Assembly: GCA_017958305.1 (NCBI GenBank)
Contig: JAGDCW010000053.1
Location: forward strand, 1 to 53,349
Origin: Bacteroidales bacterium
GTDB taxonomy: Bacteria > Bacteroidota > Bacteroidia > Bacteroidales > UBA1402
DNA length: 53,349 nt
Reading direction: 5' to 3'
The position numbers and the translations under genes are program-made. A model generated the notes under the pieces. That model was given only the letters and a program-made list of their open reading frames with translations, did no database searches and was not told the DNA's origin. Shown piece by piece: positions 16,553 to 25,485 of this stretch. The stretch's first letter is position 1; the number at the start of each line of letters is the position of its first letter.

Positions 16553-17263
16553 TTATTTGGCCGGCTCGTTGAGCAGGTCGAGGAATTCCATCGTATAGCT
16601 TTCCATTTTATTGACCACCTTGGTGACGCGGGCCACCAGGTAGTTGTAGGCGAAGTAGGCCAGGATGCCGACAATCAGACCGGCCACGGTGGTGACCATG
16701 GCGGTGTAGATGCCCGAAGAGAGCAGGGTGATATCGACGTTGTTGCCGGCCGAAGCCATATCGAAGAAGGCACGAACCATACCCAGCACGGTGCCCAGGA
16801 AACCGATCATCGGCGCACCGCCCGAAACAGCGGCCAACAGCGACAGGCCTTTCTCCAGCCGACTCACTTCGATGTTGCCCAGGTTCTCGATGGCCACCTG
16901 CACGTCGTTCATCGGACGGCCGATGCGGCTGATGCCTTTCTCGACCATGCGGGCCGAGGGCGTTTCGGTCTGGCGGCACAGTTTCAGGGCCGATTCCAGG
17001 TTGCCGTCGTGGATATAGTCTTTGATGCGGTTCATGAAATTGGGGTTGTCCTTGCCGGCCTGGTGCAGTGTGATGCAGCGTTCGACAAAAATATAGACGG
17101 CCAGGCAAAGCAGTATGGCCAGGACGATCATGATCCAGCCGCCCTTGGTGGCCATCTCGAAGAAATTGATACGGTTGACGGTCTCGGCTACCGGCTCGGT
17201 CAGTTGGGTCAGGTCGGGCATGACATCGGTGGCAAGGTCCTGAATGAAAAGTAATGGATTCAT
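16553..17263 (-). CDS. exbB: MotA/TolQ/ExbB proton-channel protein
   Basis: Conserved ExbB core LLAAVSGGAPMIGFLGTVLGMVRAF and three TM helices. Confidence 0.9.
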   Translation of the reverse strand: MNPLLFIQDLATDVMPDLTQLTEPVAETVNRINFFEMATKGGWIMIVLAILLCLAVYIFVERCITLHQAGKDNPNFMNRIKDYIHDGNLESALKLCRQTETPSARMVEKGISRIGRPMNDVQVAIENLGNIEVSRLEKGLSLLAAVSGGAPMIGFLGTVLGMVRAFFDMASAGNNVDITLLSSGIYTAMVTTVAGLIVGILAYFAYNYLVARVTKVVNKMESYTMEFLDLLNEPAK

Positions 17264-17270
17264 GCGGTGG

Positions 17271-18002
17271 TTATTTTAAACAGTTCTGATATGCTTTGAT
17301 GGTGGCTTCCAGGCCCATGTAGAGGGCGTCGCAGACCAGGGCATGGCCGATGGACACTTCTTCGACGTAGGGCACCTGCTCGTGGAATGCCTTGAGGTTG
17401 TGCAGGTTCAGATCGTGGCCGGCATTCAGGCTCAATCCGCTCTTGTGGGCCACTTCGGCGGCCAGGGCGAAGGGACGGGCGGCCGTTTCGGGGTGATGGA
17501 CAAAGGCTTCGGCATAGGGCCCTGTGTATAGCTCCACCCGGTCGGCACCCAATTTGGCGGCCTGTTCGATGATCTGTGTGTTGGTCTCGACAAAGAGACT
17601 GGTGCGGATGCCGGCGGCACAGAAGGCTTCCAGCACCTCGCTCAGGAAGGAGGCATGGCTCACGGTGTCCCAGCCGGCATTGGAGGTGAGGGCGTCGGGA
17701 GCGTCGGGCACCAATGTGACTTGATGCGGCTTGACTTTCAGCACCAGATCGATGAACCGCGGGGAAGGGTAGCCTTCGATGTTGAATTCCGTGGTGATGC
17801 GCGGGCGCAGGTCAATGACGTCCTGATAGCGGATGTGGCGCTCGTCGGGCCGCGGATGCACCGTGATGCCGTCGGCGCCGAAACGCTCGCAGGCGGAGGC
17901 GATCTCCAGTATGTCGGGCATGTTGTTGCCGCGGGCATTGCGGATGAGCGCTATTTTGTTGATGTTTACGCTAAGCTTGGTCATTTGAAATTTTTTTTCC
18001 AC
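17271..18002 (-). CDS. pdxJ: Pyridoxine 5'-phosphate synthase
   Basis: TKLSVNINKIALIRNARG and GADGITVHPRPDERHI motifs. An alternative start at MTKLSV (17984) may be the true one. Confidence 0.95.
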   Translation of the reverse strand: MEKKFQMTKLSVNINKIALIRNARGNNMPDILEIASACERFGADGITVHPRPDERHIRYQDVIDLRPRITTEFNIEGYPSPRFIDLVLKVKPHQVTLVPDAPDALTSNAGWDTVSHASFLSEVLEAFCAAGIRTSLFVETNTQIIEQAAKLGADRVELYTGPYAEAFVHHPETAARPFALAAEVAHKSGLSLNAGHDLNLHNLKAFHEQVPYVEEVSIGHALVCDALYMGLEATIKAYQNCLK

Positions 18003-18039
18003 ATTTGCAGGCCGGTTTGTGCCGGGCAGATGCGAGGGA

Positions 18040-18047
18040 CAAATATA
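18040..18047 (-). promoter_or_regulatory. -7 box TATATTTG (minus strand) for pdxJ-exbB-exbD-tonB
   Basis: The plus strand reads CAAATATA, which is TATATTTG on the minus strand. It lies 38 nt upstream of the ATG at 18002. Confidence 0.5.
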
Positions 18048-18055
18048 TAATTTTG
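18048..18055 (+). promoter_or_regulatory. -7 box TAATTTTG for nadK
   Basis: Exact TAnnTTTG, 41 nt upstream of the ATG at 18096. It directly abuts the divergent pdxJ box. Confidence 0.5.
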
Positions 18056-18095
18056 TTTCTTGAAATGAGCTTTAAAAAACAATAATATTTATCTC

Positions 18096-18974
18096 ATGAG
18101 AATCGCGATATTCGGCAAGCGCTCCCAGTCGGCTTCCAAAGATCAGATAGCCCTGCTGTTCAGGCTTTTGAAGGATCATGGCGCCAGCATTTCCATCGAT
18201 GCCAGGTTCTACGAATATCTCAAGACCCTGATGCCTGAGGCCCTGGTGGTGGACGATACCATCTCCGGCAACGATTTCGAAGCGGACTATGCCTTGAGCA
18301 TCGGCGGTGACGGCACCTTCCTGAACACGGCTTCGCGGGTGGGGCGCAAGGGCATACCCATCCTGGGTATCAACACTGGCCGCCTGGGCTTTCTGACCGC
18401 TTCCGACGGCAGCGATATGGAAGCCCTGGTCGAGGAGATGACGACCGGCCAGCTCGAGGTCGAATCGCGTGCCCAGTTGCAGCTCGAATCGGACTGCGGC
18501 CAGATAGACTATCCTTTTGCGTTGAACGATATCGCCATCACCAAGCGCGATGTCTCGGCCATGCTGCATATCCATGCCTCGCTCAACGGGGAATACCTGA
18601 ACGATTACCAGGCCGACGGTCTGCTGCTTTCCACCGCCACGGGTTCGACGGCCTATTCCCTGAGTGTGGGCGGCCCCATTCTGATGCCCGACAGCAGCAG
18701 CTATGTCATCGTGCCGATCGCTCCGCACAGCCTCACCATCCGTCCTTTGGTGCTTGATGCCCGCACGGTGGTCGATCTGGAAGTGGAGAGCCGCAGCCAT
18801 ACCTACCTCGTTTCGTTGGATGGCAGATCTTATTCATTGCCAATGCCTTCCAAGCTGCGAATATCCTCTTCCGATTTTATGATCAATATCGTTCGCAGAA
18901 AGAATCAAAGCTTCCTTTCTACGTTGAAAATCAAGATGATGTGGGGTAAGGATACGCGGTATCCGTCTATTTGA
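18096..18974 (+). CDS. nadK: NAD+ kinase
   Basis: GGDGTFL, NTGRLGFL and STATGSTAYSLSVGGPI motifs. Confidence 0.95.
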   Translation: MRIAIFGKRSQSASKDQIALLFRLLKDHGASISIDARFYEYLKTLMPEALVVDDTISGNDFEADYALSIGGDGTFLNTASRVGRKGIPILGINTGRLGFLTASDGSDMEALVEEMTTGQLEVESRAQLQLESDCGQIDYPFALNDIAITKRDVSAMLHIHASLNGEYLNDYQADGLLLSTATGSTAYSLSVGGPILMPDSSSYVIVPIAPHSLTIRPLVLDARTVVDLEVESRSHTYLVSLDGRSYSLPMPSKLRISSSDFMINIVRRKNQSFLSTLKIKMMWGKDTRYPSI

Positions 18975-21429
18975 TTTCCACCCTGGCCAGTTTCCTGACC
19001 ACTTCCCCTTCGTCCGTCACGCCTTCGATGAGCAGCGTGCAATGGCCCCGCTCGTCGCCGGTGTAGAAACGTATTTCCGCCTGGCCGCTCTCGCCGGTGG
19101 ACAGGTTGGGCTGCCACCACAGCGTGGAGCGCAGGTCGGGCTGACGGCTCTGTCGCTGGCTCTCGACCGAGTACATGGGCTGGTAGAAATCCTTGGGCGA
19201 AGTATATCCCATGTAGGGTATCAGTTTCTGGTGACTGCCCAACTGCATGTCTTCGGTACGCTGTCCGCGTTTCAGATAGATGCAGATCACCCCGTTGCCG
19301 CCGCCGCGGTACATGGCCGTCTGGACGGGGTCGCGCAGGATGTCGATCATCTCCACGTCGGCCACCTGGATGGTGGACAGGTCGCTCATCTGCGACTCGA
19401 TGTTGTCGATGACGATCAGGGGCACGGCATTTCGCATCAGCACACCCTCGCCGCTGCCGTCCAGGGTGATGCCCGGTGCCTGCAGGAGCACGTCGATGAG
19501 TCTCAGGCCGATGAGGTCTTCAATTTCTTCGGGTTCGAAGGTGAAACTGGCATAGGAATACATGGCGCCGCGTTCTTTGCGCAGGTTGTCCGATTTGCGG
19601 GCCGTCACGGCCACCTCGCCCAGGTTGATCACCATGCCGCCCTTGTCCTGGTACCAGCGTTCGCGGCTCTTGCTCAGGAAACGTTCGATGACCGGGTCGC
19701 TCCATTCTTTGCGGGTGGCAGGCATACGCAAGGTCACAGGCGGAAAACTCTGGGCTTCGGCCGTCAGTTCCATGATGATGCCCTGTTGCTTTTTCTCGGC
19801 CTGGATGAAGAACGACGAGCTGTCGGGGAATTCGAAGCCCTCGATGCAGAATCGTCCCCGGTTGTCGGTCTGGACCGAGTTGACATAGCTGAATATCGGG
19901 TTGAACACCGAGATGTTGGCATGGGGGATGGCCCGCCGTATGGGGAAGGTCTGAAGCCGTCCGCAAAGTGTGGAACCCACTTCCAGTTCGTGATCGGTGA
20001 GGAGGTTGATGTCGCCCTTCATCAGGCGGGGCATGTCGTAGCGTCGCCAGCCTTGTGTCATCATCAGCAGGTCGAGTTGGTAGTCGGCCTTGGTGTTGGA
20101 AGCCAGGAAGTAGTCGCCCGGACGCTCGATGTGGCCCCGGAGGTCGGAGGTGAGCAGCAGGTAACTTTCGATGGTCATGGCCGAGGAATCCAGCTCAACG
20201 CTCTGGTCGTCGGTGACACTCAGCGAGAAATCACCCCCGACGCCCTGGCCTTGGGCATCGGTCACCTGCATGCGGGCATAGACCCTTTCGCGCCGGCCGT
20301 AGCTGGTCTTGTCAAAGTCGAGACTCAACTTGACCGGATCAGGCTGGCGGATAAAGCAAAGCCTTTCGGAGAGCACATCCCCTTCGCCACTGAGCAGCAG
20401 CACCTGCAGCACGCCTGTCGGCATGTCGGCGGTGGGCAAAGCCACGGTGGGCCGGTCGGGTCCGAAATAGGAACGGAACAAGGGAATGCCCCGCATGTGG
20501 GCCAACAGGTACAGATTCTGCTGCAAGGGTGCCGATTCGGGACGCAACACGGTGATGTGCAGCCTGTCGTCGAGTCGGGAGACCGACAGGGAATAGCCTT
20601 CTGTCACAGGCAAGGGCAGGGCCACGCGCAATTCTTCGCCCAGGCCGTTCTCGCAGACCGCCGTATATTGCTTGCCGGCATGGGTGAAAAAGGCTGTCGC
20701 GCCCATGCCCAGGTGGCTGCTTTGGAAAGAGCAGACCTCCTGGCCTGTCTCGTCGATGATGTGTCCGTGGACATCGGTGCCCCATCCGTCCCGGTCGATG
20801 GCCTTGAAGGCGATGTTCTGCAGACAGCCGGCCATCAGGTGGCCGCCTTCGGGCAGGAACTGCACGTCGTAGCCGGCCTGGGAGGCCGTTGCCGGTTGGG
20901 CAAGGGCCGGGGCGGACTGGCTGCCCGACAGACCCGGCATGGCGGCCAGGGCCTCGTCGTGCTGCTGGCTCACAGCGTTACCTATGTAAATCTCCTTGCG
21001 GAAGAAATAGTCTTCGGGCAGGTTGCGCATGTAGTTGGTATAGGCCCGCAGGCTGTATTCGCCCGGTGCGGTTTTCTCCTTGACAGGCAGCTGGCAGTAG
21101 TAGCTGTCGTTTTCGGGCCGGACCCTTTCGCGGGCCACCACCTCGCCCTGGCTGTTGACCAATTCCACATAGATATAGCGGCTGTAGTGCATGGCCTGGT
21201 GCAGGGCGGCGTGCACCAGGTAGGCTTTGAACCAGATGGTGTCGCCGGCGGCGTAATAGGGCTTGTCGGTATGGAGATAGACTTTCTCCTCGGGGTAGGC
21301 CTTCAGTTGCTGGGTGAGCAGTTCGACGGCCTGCATCGAGAAATCGCTTTCGGTTTCATTCTGGGCTCCCAGCGGCAGCAGGCAGCAGCAGGCCAGCAGG
21401 CAAGGTAGGGCGTTTTTTTTCATGAACAT
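18967..21429 (-). CDS. Secreted MG2-domain (alpha-2-macroglobulin-like) protein with a C-terminal TonB-dependent-receptor Plug-like domain and no beta-barrel
   Basis: Signal peptide (MFMKKNALPCLLACCCLLPLGAQ). MG2-like segment EEKVYLHTDKPYYAAGDTIWFKAYLV. Carboxypeptidase-regulatory-like middle region. C-terminal Plug-like segment LIDVLLQAPGITLDG...PLIVIDNIE...VEMIDILRDPVQTAMYRGGGNGVICIYLKRG. Start chosen at 21429; 21423 is also possible. Confidence 0.75.
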   Translation of the reverse strand: MFMKKNALPCLLACCCLLPLGAQNETESDFSMQAVELLTQQLKAYPEEKVYLHTDKPYYAAGDTIWFKAYLVHAALHQAMHYSRYIYVELVNSQGEVVARERVRPENDSYYCQLPVKEKTAPGEYSLRAYTNYMRNLPEDYFFRKEIYIGNAVSQQHDEALAAMPGLSGSQSAPALAQPATASQAGYDVQFLPEGGHLMAGCLQNIAFKAIDRDGWGTDVHGHIIDETGQEVCSFQSSHLGMGATAFFTHAGKQYTAVCENGLGEELRVALPLPVTEGYSLSVSRLDDRLHITVLRPESAPLQQNLYLLAHMRGIPLFRSYFGPDRPTVALPTADMPTGVLQVLLLSGEGDVLSERLCFIRQPDPVKLSLDFDKTSYGRRERVYARMQVTDAQGQGVGGDFSLSVTDDQSVELDSSAMTIESYLLLTSDLRGHIERPGDYFLASNTKADYQLDLLMMTQGWRRYDMPRLMKGDINLLTDHELEVGSTLCGRLQTFPIRRAIPHANISVFNPIFSYVNSVQTDNRGRFCIEGFEFPDSSSFFIQAEKKQQGIIMELTAEAQSFPPVTLRMPATRKEWSDPVIERFLSKSRERWYQDKGGMVINLGEVAVTARKSDNLRKERGAMYSYASFTFEPEEIEDLIGLRLIDVLLQAPGITLDGSGEGVLMRNAVPLIVIDNIESQMSDLSTIQVADVEMIDILRDPVQTAMYRGGGNGVICIYLKRGQRTEDMQLGSHQKLIPYMGYTSPKDFYQPMYSVESQRQSRQPDLRSTLWWQPNLSTGESGQAEIRFYTGDERGHCTLLIEGVTDEGEVVRKLARVEIK

Positions 21430-21465
21430 GGTCGAGGTTGCTGAAATCAGTGCCGAAGATAGCAA

Positions 21466-21502
21466 TAAAAAAAGCAACTGCCGTGGGGCAATTGCTTTTT
21501 TA
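21466..21502 (-). terminator. Rho-independent terminator after rplS (A-run and T-run flank it, so it may work in both directions)
   Basis: A 10-bp stem (21473-21482 with 21487-21496) and a GTGG loop. The single plus-strand A/C mismatch becomes a G-U wobble in the minus-strand RNA. The stem is followed on the minus strand by a run of U (21467-21472). It lies about 20 nt after the rplS stop. Confidence 0.7.
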
Positions 21503-21520
21503 TTTGATCCGAAGCCTGAT

Positions 21521-21868
21521 TTAGCTTCTTTTTTCCTTGATGCGGGCTTTCTTGCCGGTCAGGCCGCGCAGGTAGTACAATTTGGCCCTTCTGACCTTAC
21601 CGATCTTGTTGACGGTGATGCTTTCGATGAACGGGGATTCCAGCGGGAAGATACGTTCCACACCGACATTGTCGGAAACTTTACGGCAGGTGAAGCGCTT
21701 CTTTTCGCCGCTTCCACTGATTTTGATAACCACACCGCGGTAGTTCTGGATACGCTCTTTGTTTCCTTCCTTGATACGATAGGCAACGGTGACGGTATCG
21801 CCGGCCTTGAATTCGGGATGAACCTTTCCAGTAGCAAATGCCTCTTCGGCAACCTTAATCAAATCCAT
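21521..21868 (-). CDS. rplS: 50S ribosomal protein L19
   Basis: The full-length sequence is recognisable as L19 ([29 protein letters not shown]...[17 protein letters not shown]...[10 protein letters not shown]). Confidence 0.97.
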   Translation of the reverse strand: MDLIKVAEEAFATGKVHPEFKAGDTVTVAYRIKEGNKERIQNYRGVVIKISGSGEKKRFTCRKVSDNVGVERIFPLESPFIESITVNKIGKVRRAKLYYLRGLTGKKARIKEKRS

Positions 21869-22070
21869 GATTGATAATGTTTTATGGTTAATCGTCTACG
21901 CAACGTACCCGGTTCTCTCAACACTCCGACAGAGGTTACGCAAAGCGGGTGCAAAGGTGCGAAATATATTCTTATCATGCAAGTATCCCGACAATTATTT
22001 TTTCATTTGCAGAATTGAAGGACTTTTCGGTACTTTGCATTGTGTTTTTGCCATTAAAGAACAACCGACT

Positions 22071-23984
22071 ATGAAATACGGTTTTGTCAAGGTGGCTGCA
22101 GCCGTGCCTTCCCTCAAAGTGGCCGACGCCGCCTACAATGCAGCGCAGATCGTCTCCCTGATGGAACAGGCAGACAAGCAACACGTGGAAATCGTCTGTT
22201 TCCCTGAATTGTCGATCACGGGCTACACCTGTGGCGACCTCTTCTTCCAGCAGGCCTTGTTGAAGGCGGCCGAGGAGGCATTGTCCAAAATACTCTATGC
22301 CAGCGAGGACATGGCCTTGACGGCCATCGTCGGCATGCCGCTCTGCTTCGGTAACCACTTGTACAACGTAGCGGTTGCCATACACGAAGGAAAAATACTG
22401 TCTGTCGTTCCGAAAAGCTATCTGCCCGGCAACCACGAATTCTATGAACCGCGCTGGTTTTCTTCGGGCCTGGACTTGGAAACGACCCATGTCAGCCTGT
22501 GCGGCCAGGATTGCCTGTTTGGGACGAGCCTGCTCACCGAAACGGGCAATGCCTGTTTCGCCATCGAGATCTGTGAGGACCTTTGGAGTGTCGTTCCGCC
22601 CAGCAGCCGCCACGCCTTGGCCGGCGCCGACCTGGTGTTCAACCTATCGGCCAGCAACGAACTGACAGGCAAGCACGACTATCTGCTCCATCTCATCGCC
22701 CAGCAGTCGGGCCGCTGCCTTTGCGGCTATGTCTATGCTTCGGCCGGCTATGGCGAATCGACCACCGACCTGGTCTTCGGTGGCAACGGCATCATTGCGG
22801 AGAGCGGAACCCTTTTGGCCCAATCGACGCGGTTTAGTTTTGAAGAACAGCTGATTGTCAGTGAAATAGATATTGAGCGTCTGCGGCACGACCGACTGCA
22901 CAGCGCCTCTTTCAAACAGGATGAACGCCCTGGGGGCTATCAGACGGTTTCCATCCCCGAAACCCACCAGGAATACGAGATCCTGACCCGTGAGGTCCGC
23001 CCCTTGCCCTTTGTGCCCCAGACCGACGACATGGACGCTCGTTGCCGCGAGATCTTCGCCATCCAGGTGGGCGGTCTGGTCAAACGCATGGAGCACACCG
23101 CTGCCAAAGCGGCTGTCGTCGGCATTTCCGGCGGCTTGGATTCCACGCTGGCCCTGTTGGTCTGCGTCAAGGCCTTCGACAAGATGGGCCGCGACCGCCA
23201 CGACATCGTCGGCATCACCATGCCCGGTTTCGGCACCAGCGACCGCACCCATACCAATGCGGTCAACCTGATGAAATACCTGGGCGTCACCAACAAGGAA
23301 ATCGACATCAAGGCCGCCTGCCGCCGGCATTTCAGCGACATTGGCCACGATGAGGCCCGCCACGACGTGGTCTATGAAAACAGCCAGGCCCGCGAGCGCA
23401 CCCAGATACTGATGGACTATGCCAATGCCGTCGGCGGCCTTGTCATCGGCACGGGCGACCTGTCGGAACTGGCCCTGGGCTGGGCCACATTCAACGGCGA
23501 CCACATGGCCAATTACGGAGTGAACGGCGGGGTGCCCAAGACCTTGATCCGCTACCTGGTGCGCTGGGTGGCCGACAACGAGGTGGATGCCGGTTCCCGC
23601 ACCACCTTGCTCGATGTGCTCGACACGCCCGTCAGCCCCGAATTGCTGCCCACCGACAGCCAGGGCAAGATTGCCCAGAAGACCGAGGACCTGGTAGGGC
23701 CCTACGAATTGCACGATTTCTTCCTCTATTATATGCTGCGCTACGGCTTCGGCCCCGAAAAGGTGCTGTTTCTGGCCCGTCATGCCTTCGAGGGGCAGTA
23801 CGGCGAGGCGGTGATCCGCCAGTGGCTGCAGACCTTTGTCCGCCGCTTCTTTGCGCAGCAGTTCAAACGTTCCTGCCTGCCCGACGGCCCCAAAGTGGGC
23901 AGCATCGGCCTCTCGCCCCGCGGCGATTGGCGCATGCCCAGCGATGCCGTGGCCAAAGCCTGGACCGGTCAGCTGGAAAACTAA
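22071..23984 (+). CDS. nadE: Glutamine-dependent NAD+ synthetase (N-terminal CN-hydrolase domain plus NAD synthase domain)
   Basis: Start at MKYGFVKVAAAVP. Nitrilase-like domain (CFPELSITGY, catalytic Cys in FAIEICEDLW). ATP-PPase motif GISGGLDSTL. The upstream in-frame extension (21867-22070) has no homology signal. Confidence 0.93.
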   Translation: MKYGFVKVAAAVPSLKVADAAYNAAQIVSLMEQADKQHVEIVCFPELSITGYTCGDLFFQQALLKAAEEALSKILYASEDMALTAIVGMPLCFGNHLYNVAVAIHEGKILSVVPKSYLPGNHEFYEPRWFSSGLDLETTHVSLCGQDCLFGTSLLTETGNACFAIEICEDLWSVVPPSSRHALAGADLVFNLSASNELTGKHDYLLHLIAQQSGRCLCGYVYASAGYGESTTDLVFGGNGIIAESGTLLAQSTRFSFEEQLIVSEIDIERLRHDRLHSASFKQDERPGGYQTVSIPETHQEYEILTREVRPLPFVPQTDDMDARCREIFAIQVGGLVKRMEHTAAKAAVVGISGGLDSTLALLVCVKAFDKMGRDRHDIVGITMPGFGTSDRTHTNAVNLMKYLGVTNKEIDIKAACRRHFSDIGHDEARHDVVYENSQARERTQILMDYANAVGGLVIGTGDLSELALGWATFNGDHMANYGVNGGVPKTLIRYLVRWVADNEVDAGSRTTLLDVLDTPVSPELLPTDSQGKIAQKTEDLVGPYELHDFFLYYMLRYGFGPEKVLFLARHAFEGQYGEAVIRQWLQTFVRRFFAQQFKRSCLPDGPKVGSIGLSPRGDWRMPSDAVAKAWTGQLEN

Positions 23985-23993
23985 ACGGTTTCG

Positions 23994-24620
23994 TCAAAAG
24001 AACATGGCCGCCCCGATGCTGAGTTCACGCCAGTTGTCGGGGCTGAGGTGGTTGAAGTCGAACAGCCAGTGGCGGTAGCGCAGGTTGATCTGGAAAAAGC
24101 TGAGCATGTCCAGACCGCCCCCCACGAAATAATCCCAGCCGCAACGGTCCTTGTCGGTCCAGTTTGGCAGCGTGTAGTTGCTGCCGTCTCCCTTGCGGGC
24201 CCCGACGAAATAGTCCAGGCTGGTTCCTGCCGCCACGAAGGGCCGGACGAATCCCATGTGCACACCCAGTTGGACTTGCAGGGGCGTGAAGGACACCAGG
24301 GTGTTGCGGCAACTGTTCTCGCCATTGTAAATGTAATAGGACAGTTCCGGCTGCCAGTACAGCCCGGTGCCGAGCCGGACATTGCGCCAGATGCCCACCG
24401 AGAATCCCTGGCTGTCCTGCAGGTTGCCGAATTGCTCCGGCTGGGAGGGAAGGACGTTGAAACCGCTTTCGCGGCAGGTGTAGGAAAAGAAGAAACCGGT
24501 CTTGTTGTGGTAGGTGCTGCCGGCCGAGGACGGAACAAAACTCTCTTCATCCCGCTGAGCCCTCAGGCAGCACAGTGGAAGCAGCCAGGCAAGGCAAACA
24601 AGCAAGATGGTTTTGTTCAT
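23994..24620 (-). CDS. Outer-membrane beta-barrel (OmpA-like / porin-family) protein
   Basis: Signal peptide MNKTILLVCLAWLLPLCCLRAQ, alternating aromatic/hydrophobic strands, and a C-terminal ...IGAAMFF ending in Phe. Confidence 0.7.
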   Translation of the reverse strand: MNKTILLVCLAWLLPLCCLRAQRDEESFVPSSAGSTYHNKTGFFFSYTCRESGFNVLPSQPEQFGNLQDSQGFSVGIWRNVRLGTGLYWQPELSYYIYNGENSCRNTLVSFTPLQVQLGVHMGFVRPFVAAGTSLDYFVGARKGDGSNYTLPNWTDKDRCGWDYFVGGGLDMLSFFQINLRYRHWLFDFNHLSPDNWRELSIGAAMFF

Positions 24621-24646
24621 TCCTGTTTTCGTGTCTGTTGATGCGG

Positions 24647-24654
24647 CAAAAGTA
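24647..24654 (-). promoter_or_regulatory. -7 box TACTTTTG (minus strand) for the beta-barrel gene
   Basis: The plus strand reads CAAAAGTA, an exact TAnnTTTG on the minus strand, 27 nt upstream of the ATG at 24620. Confidence 0.5.
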
Positions 24655-24732
24655 TCATTTTCCGTGCATAAAAAAAACTAAAATGCTCCCTTGGGCTGAA
24701 TAAAAGCACTAACTTCGCACAATCGTACGACG

Positions 24733-25485
24733 ATGAAGCGAACCACCACGATCATACTCTGTTTTGTCCTGCTGTCGGGCCTTGTGACGATGGCAGGCAA
24801 TTTCCGTTATGTGTCGGGCGGCCGTCTGACGGTTGACGAGCGCTACGACCGCGATGTCGATCCCGTGTTGGAAAAACGCCTCCGTTCCTGGCAGTCCAGG
24901 CTGGACGGGCGGATGAACCAGGTGATCGGCCGCTGTGAGAATACGCTCACCGTGGCGCATCCCGAAGGAAGCCTGAACAATTTCTGCACCGACATGCTGC
25001 TGGCCCAGACGCGAGGGACCATCGGACAGGCAGCCGATGCGGCCCTGCTCAACAACGGGGGCATGCGCCGCAGCCTGCCAAGCGGCGATGTCACCGTGGG
25101 CATGGTCTATGAAACCTTGCCTTTCGATGATGAGGTGGTTGTCCTGGAATTGAAAGGCAAAGACCTGCAGCGGCTGGTCGAGACGGTGGCCCGCCGCGGC
25201 ACCGAGACCTTTGCCGGCATCCGCCTGACGGTGCGGGGCAACCGCTTGGAATCCTTTACAATAGGCGGACAGGCGCTGGATCCCGACCGCATCTACCGTC
25301 TGGTCACCATCGACTACCTGGCCGACGGCAGCGGGGGAATGAGCCCTCTTCGCCGTGCCTTGTCGGCAACCCCGACCGGGCATTACCTCAGGGATTGCAT
25401 GATACGCGAGATTGAAATGCTCACCCGTGCCGGACAAACTGTCAAAGGCAGTGTGGACGGACGCTTTTTACGTTTGGAACCATGA
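24733..25485 (+). CDS. 5'-nucleotidase C-terminal (substrate-binding) domain protein
   Basis: Signal peptide. NGGMRRSLPSGDVTVGMVYETLPFDDEVVVLELKGKDL and IDYLADGSGG are typical of the UshA/5'-nucleotidase C-terminal domain. Confidence 0.8.
   Translation: MKRTTTIILCFVLLSGLVTMAGNFRYVSGGRLTVDERYDRDVDPVLEKRLRSWQSRLDGRMNQVIGRCENTLTVAHPEGSLNNFCTDMLLAQTRGTIGQAADAALLNNGGMRRSLPSGDVTVGMVYETLPFDDEVVVLELKGKDLQRLVETVARRGTETFAGIRLTVRGNRLESFTIGGQALDPDRIYRLVTIDYLADGSGGMSPLRRALSATPTGHYLRDCMIREIEMLTRAGQTVKGSVDGRFLRLEP

Noticed and set aside
15950-17254. A 434-aa plus-strand ORF across tonB, exbD and exbB.
   Set aside because: It is antisense to three recognisable genes at once and rich in G/D/H/V. No real gene would span three opposing genes.
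18642-18648. A GGTTCGA string resembling a tRNA T-loop.
   Set aside because: It lies inside the nadK coding frame (TGSTA region), and no acceptor or anticodon arms can be drawn around it.
19042-21408. A 788-aa plus-strand ORF opposite the MG2/Plug gene.
   Set aside because: Same antisense stop-depletion artefact. It is low-complexity (G/A/V/H/D-rich), has no start context and no motifs.
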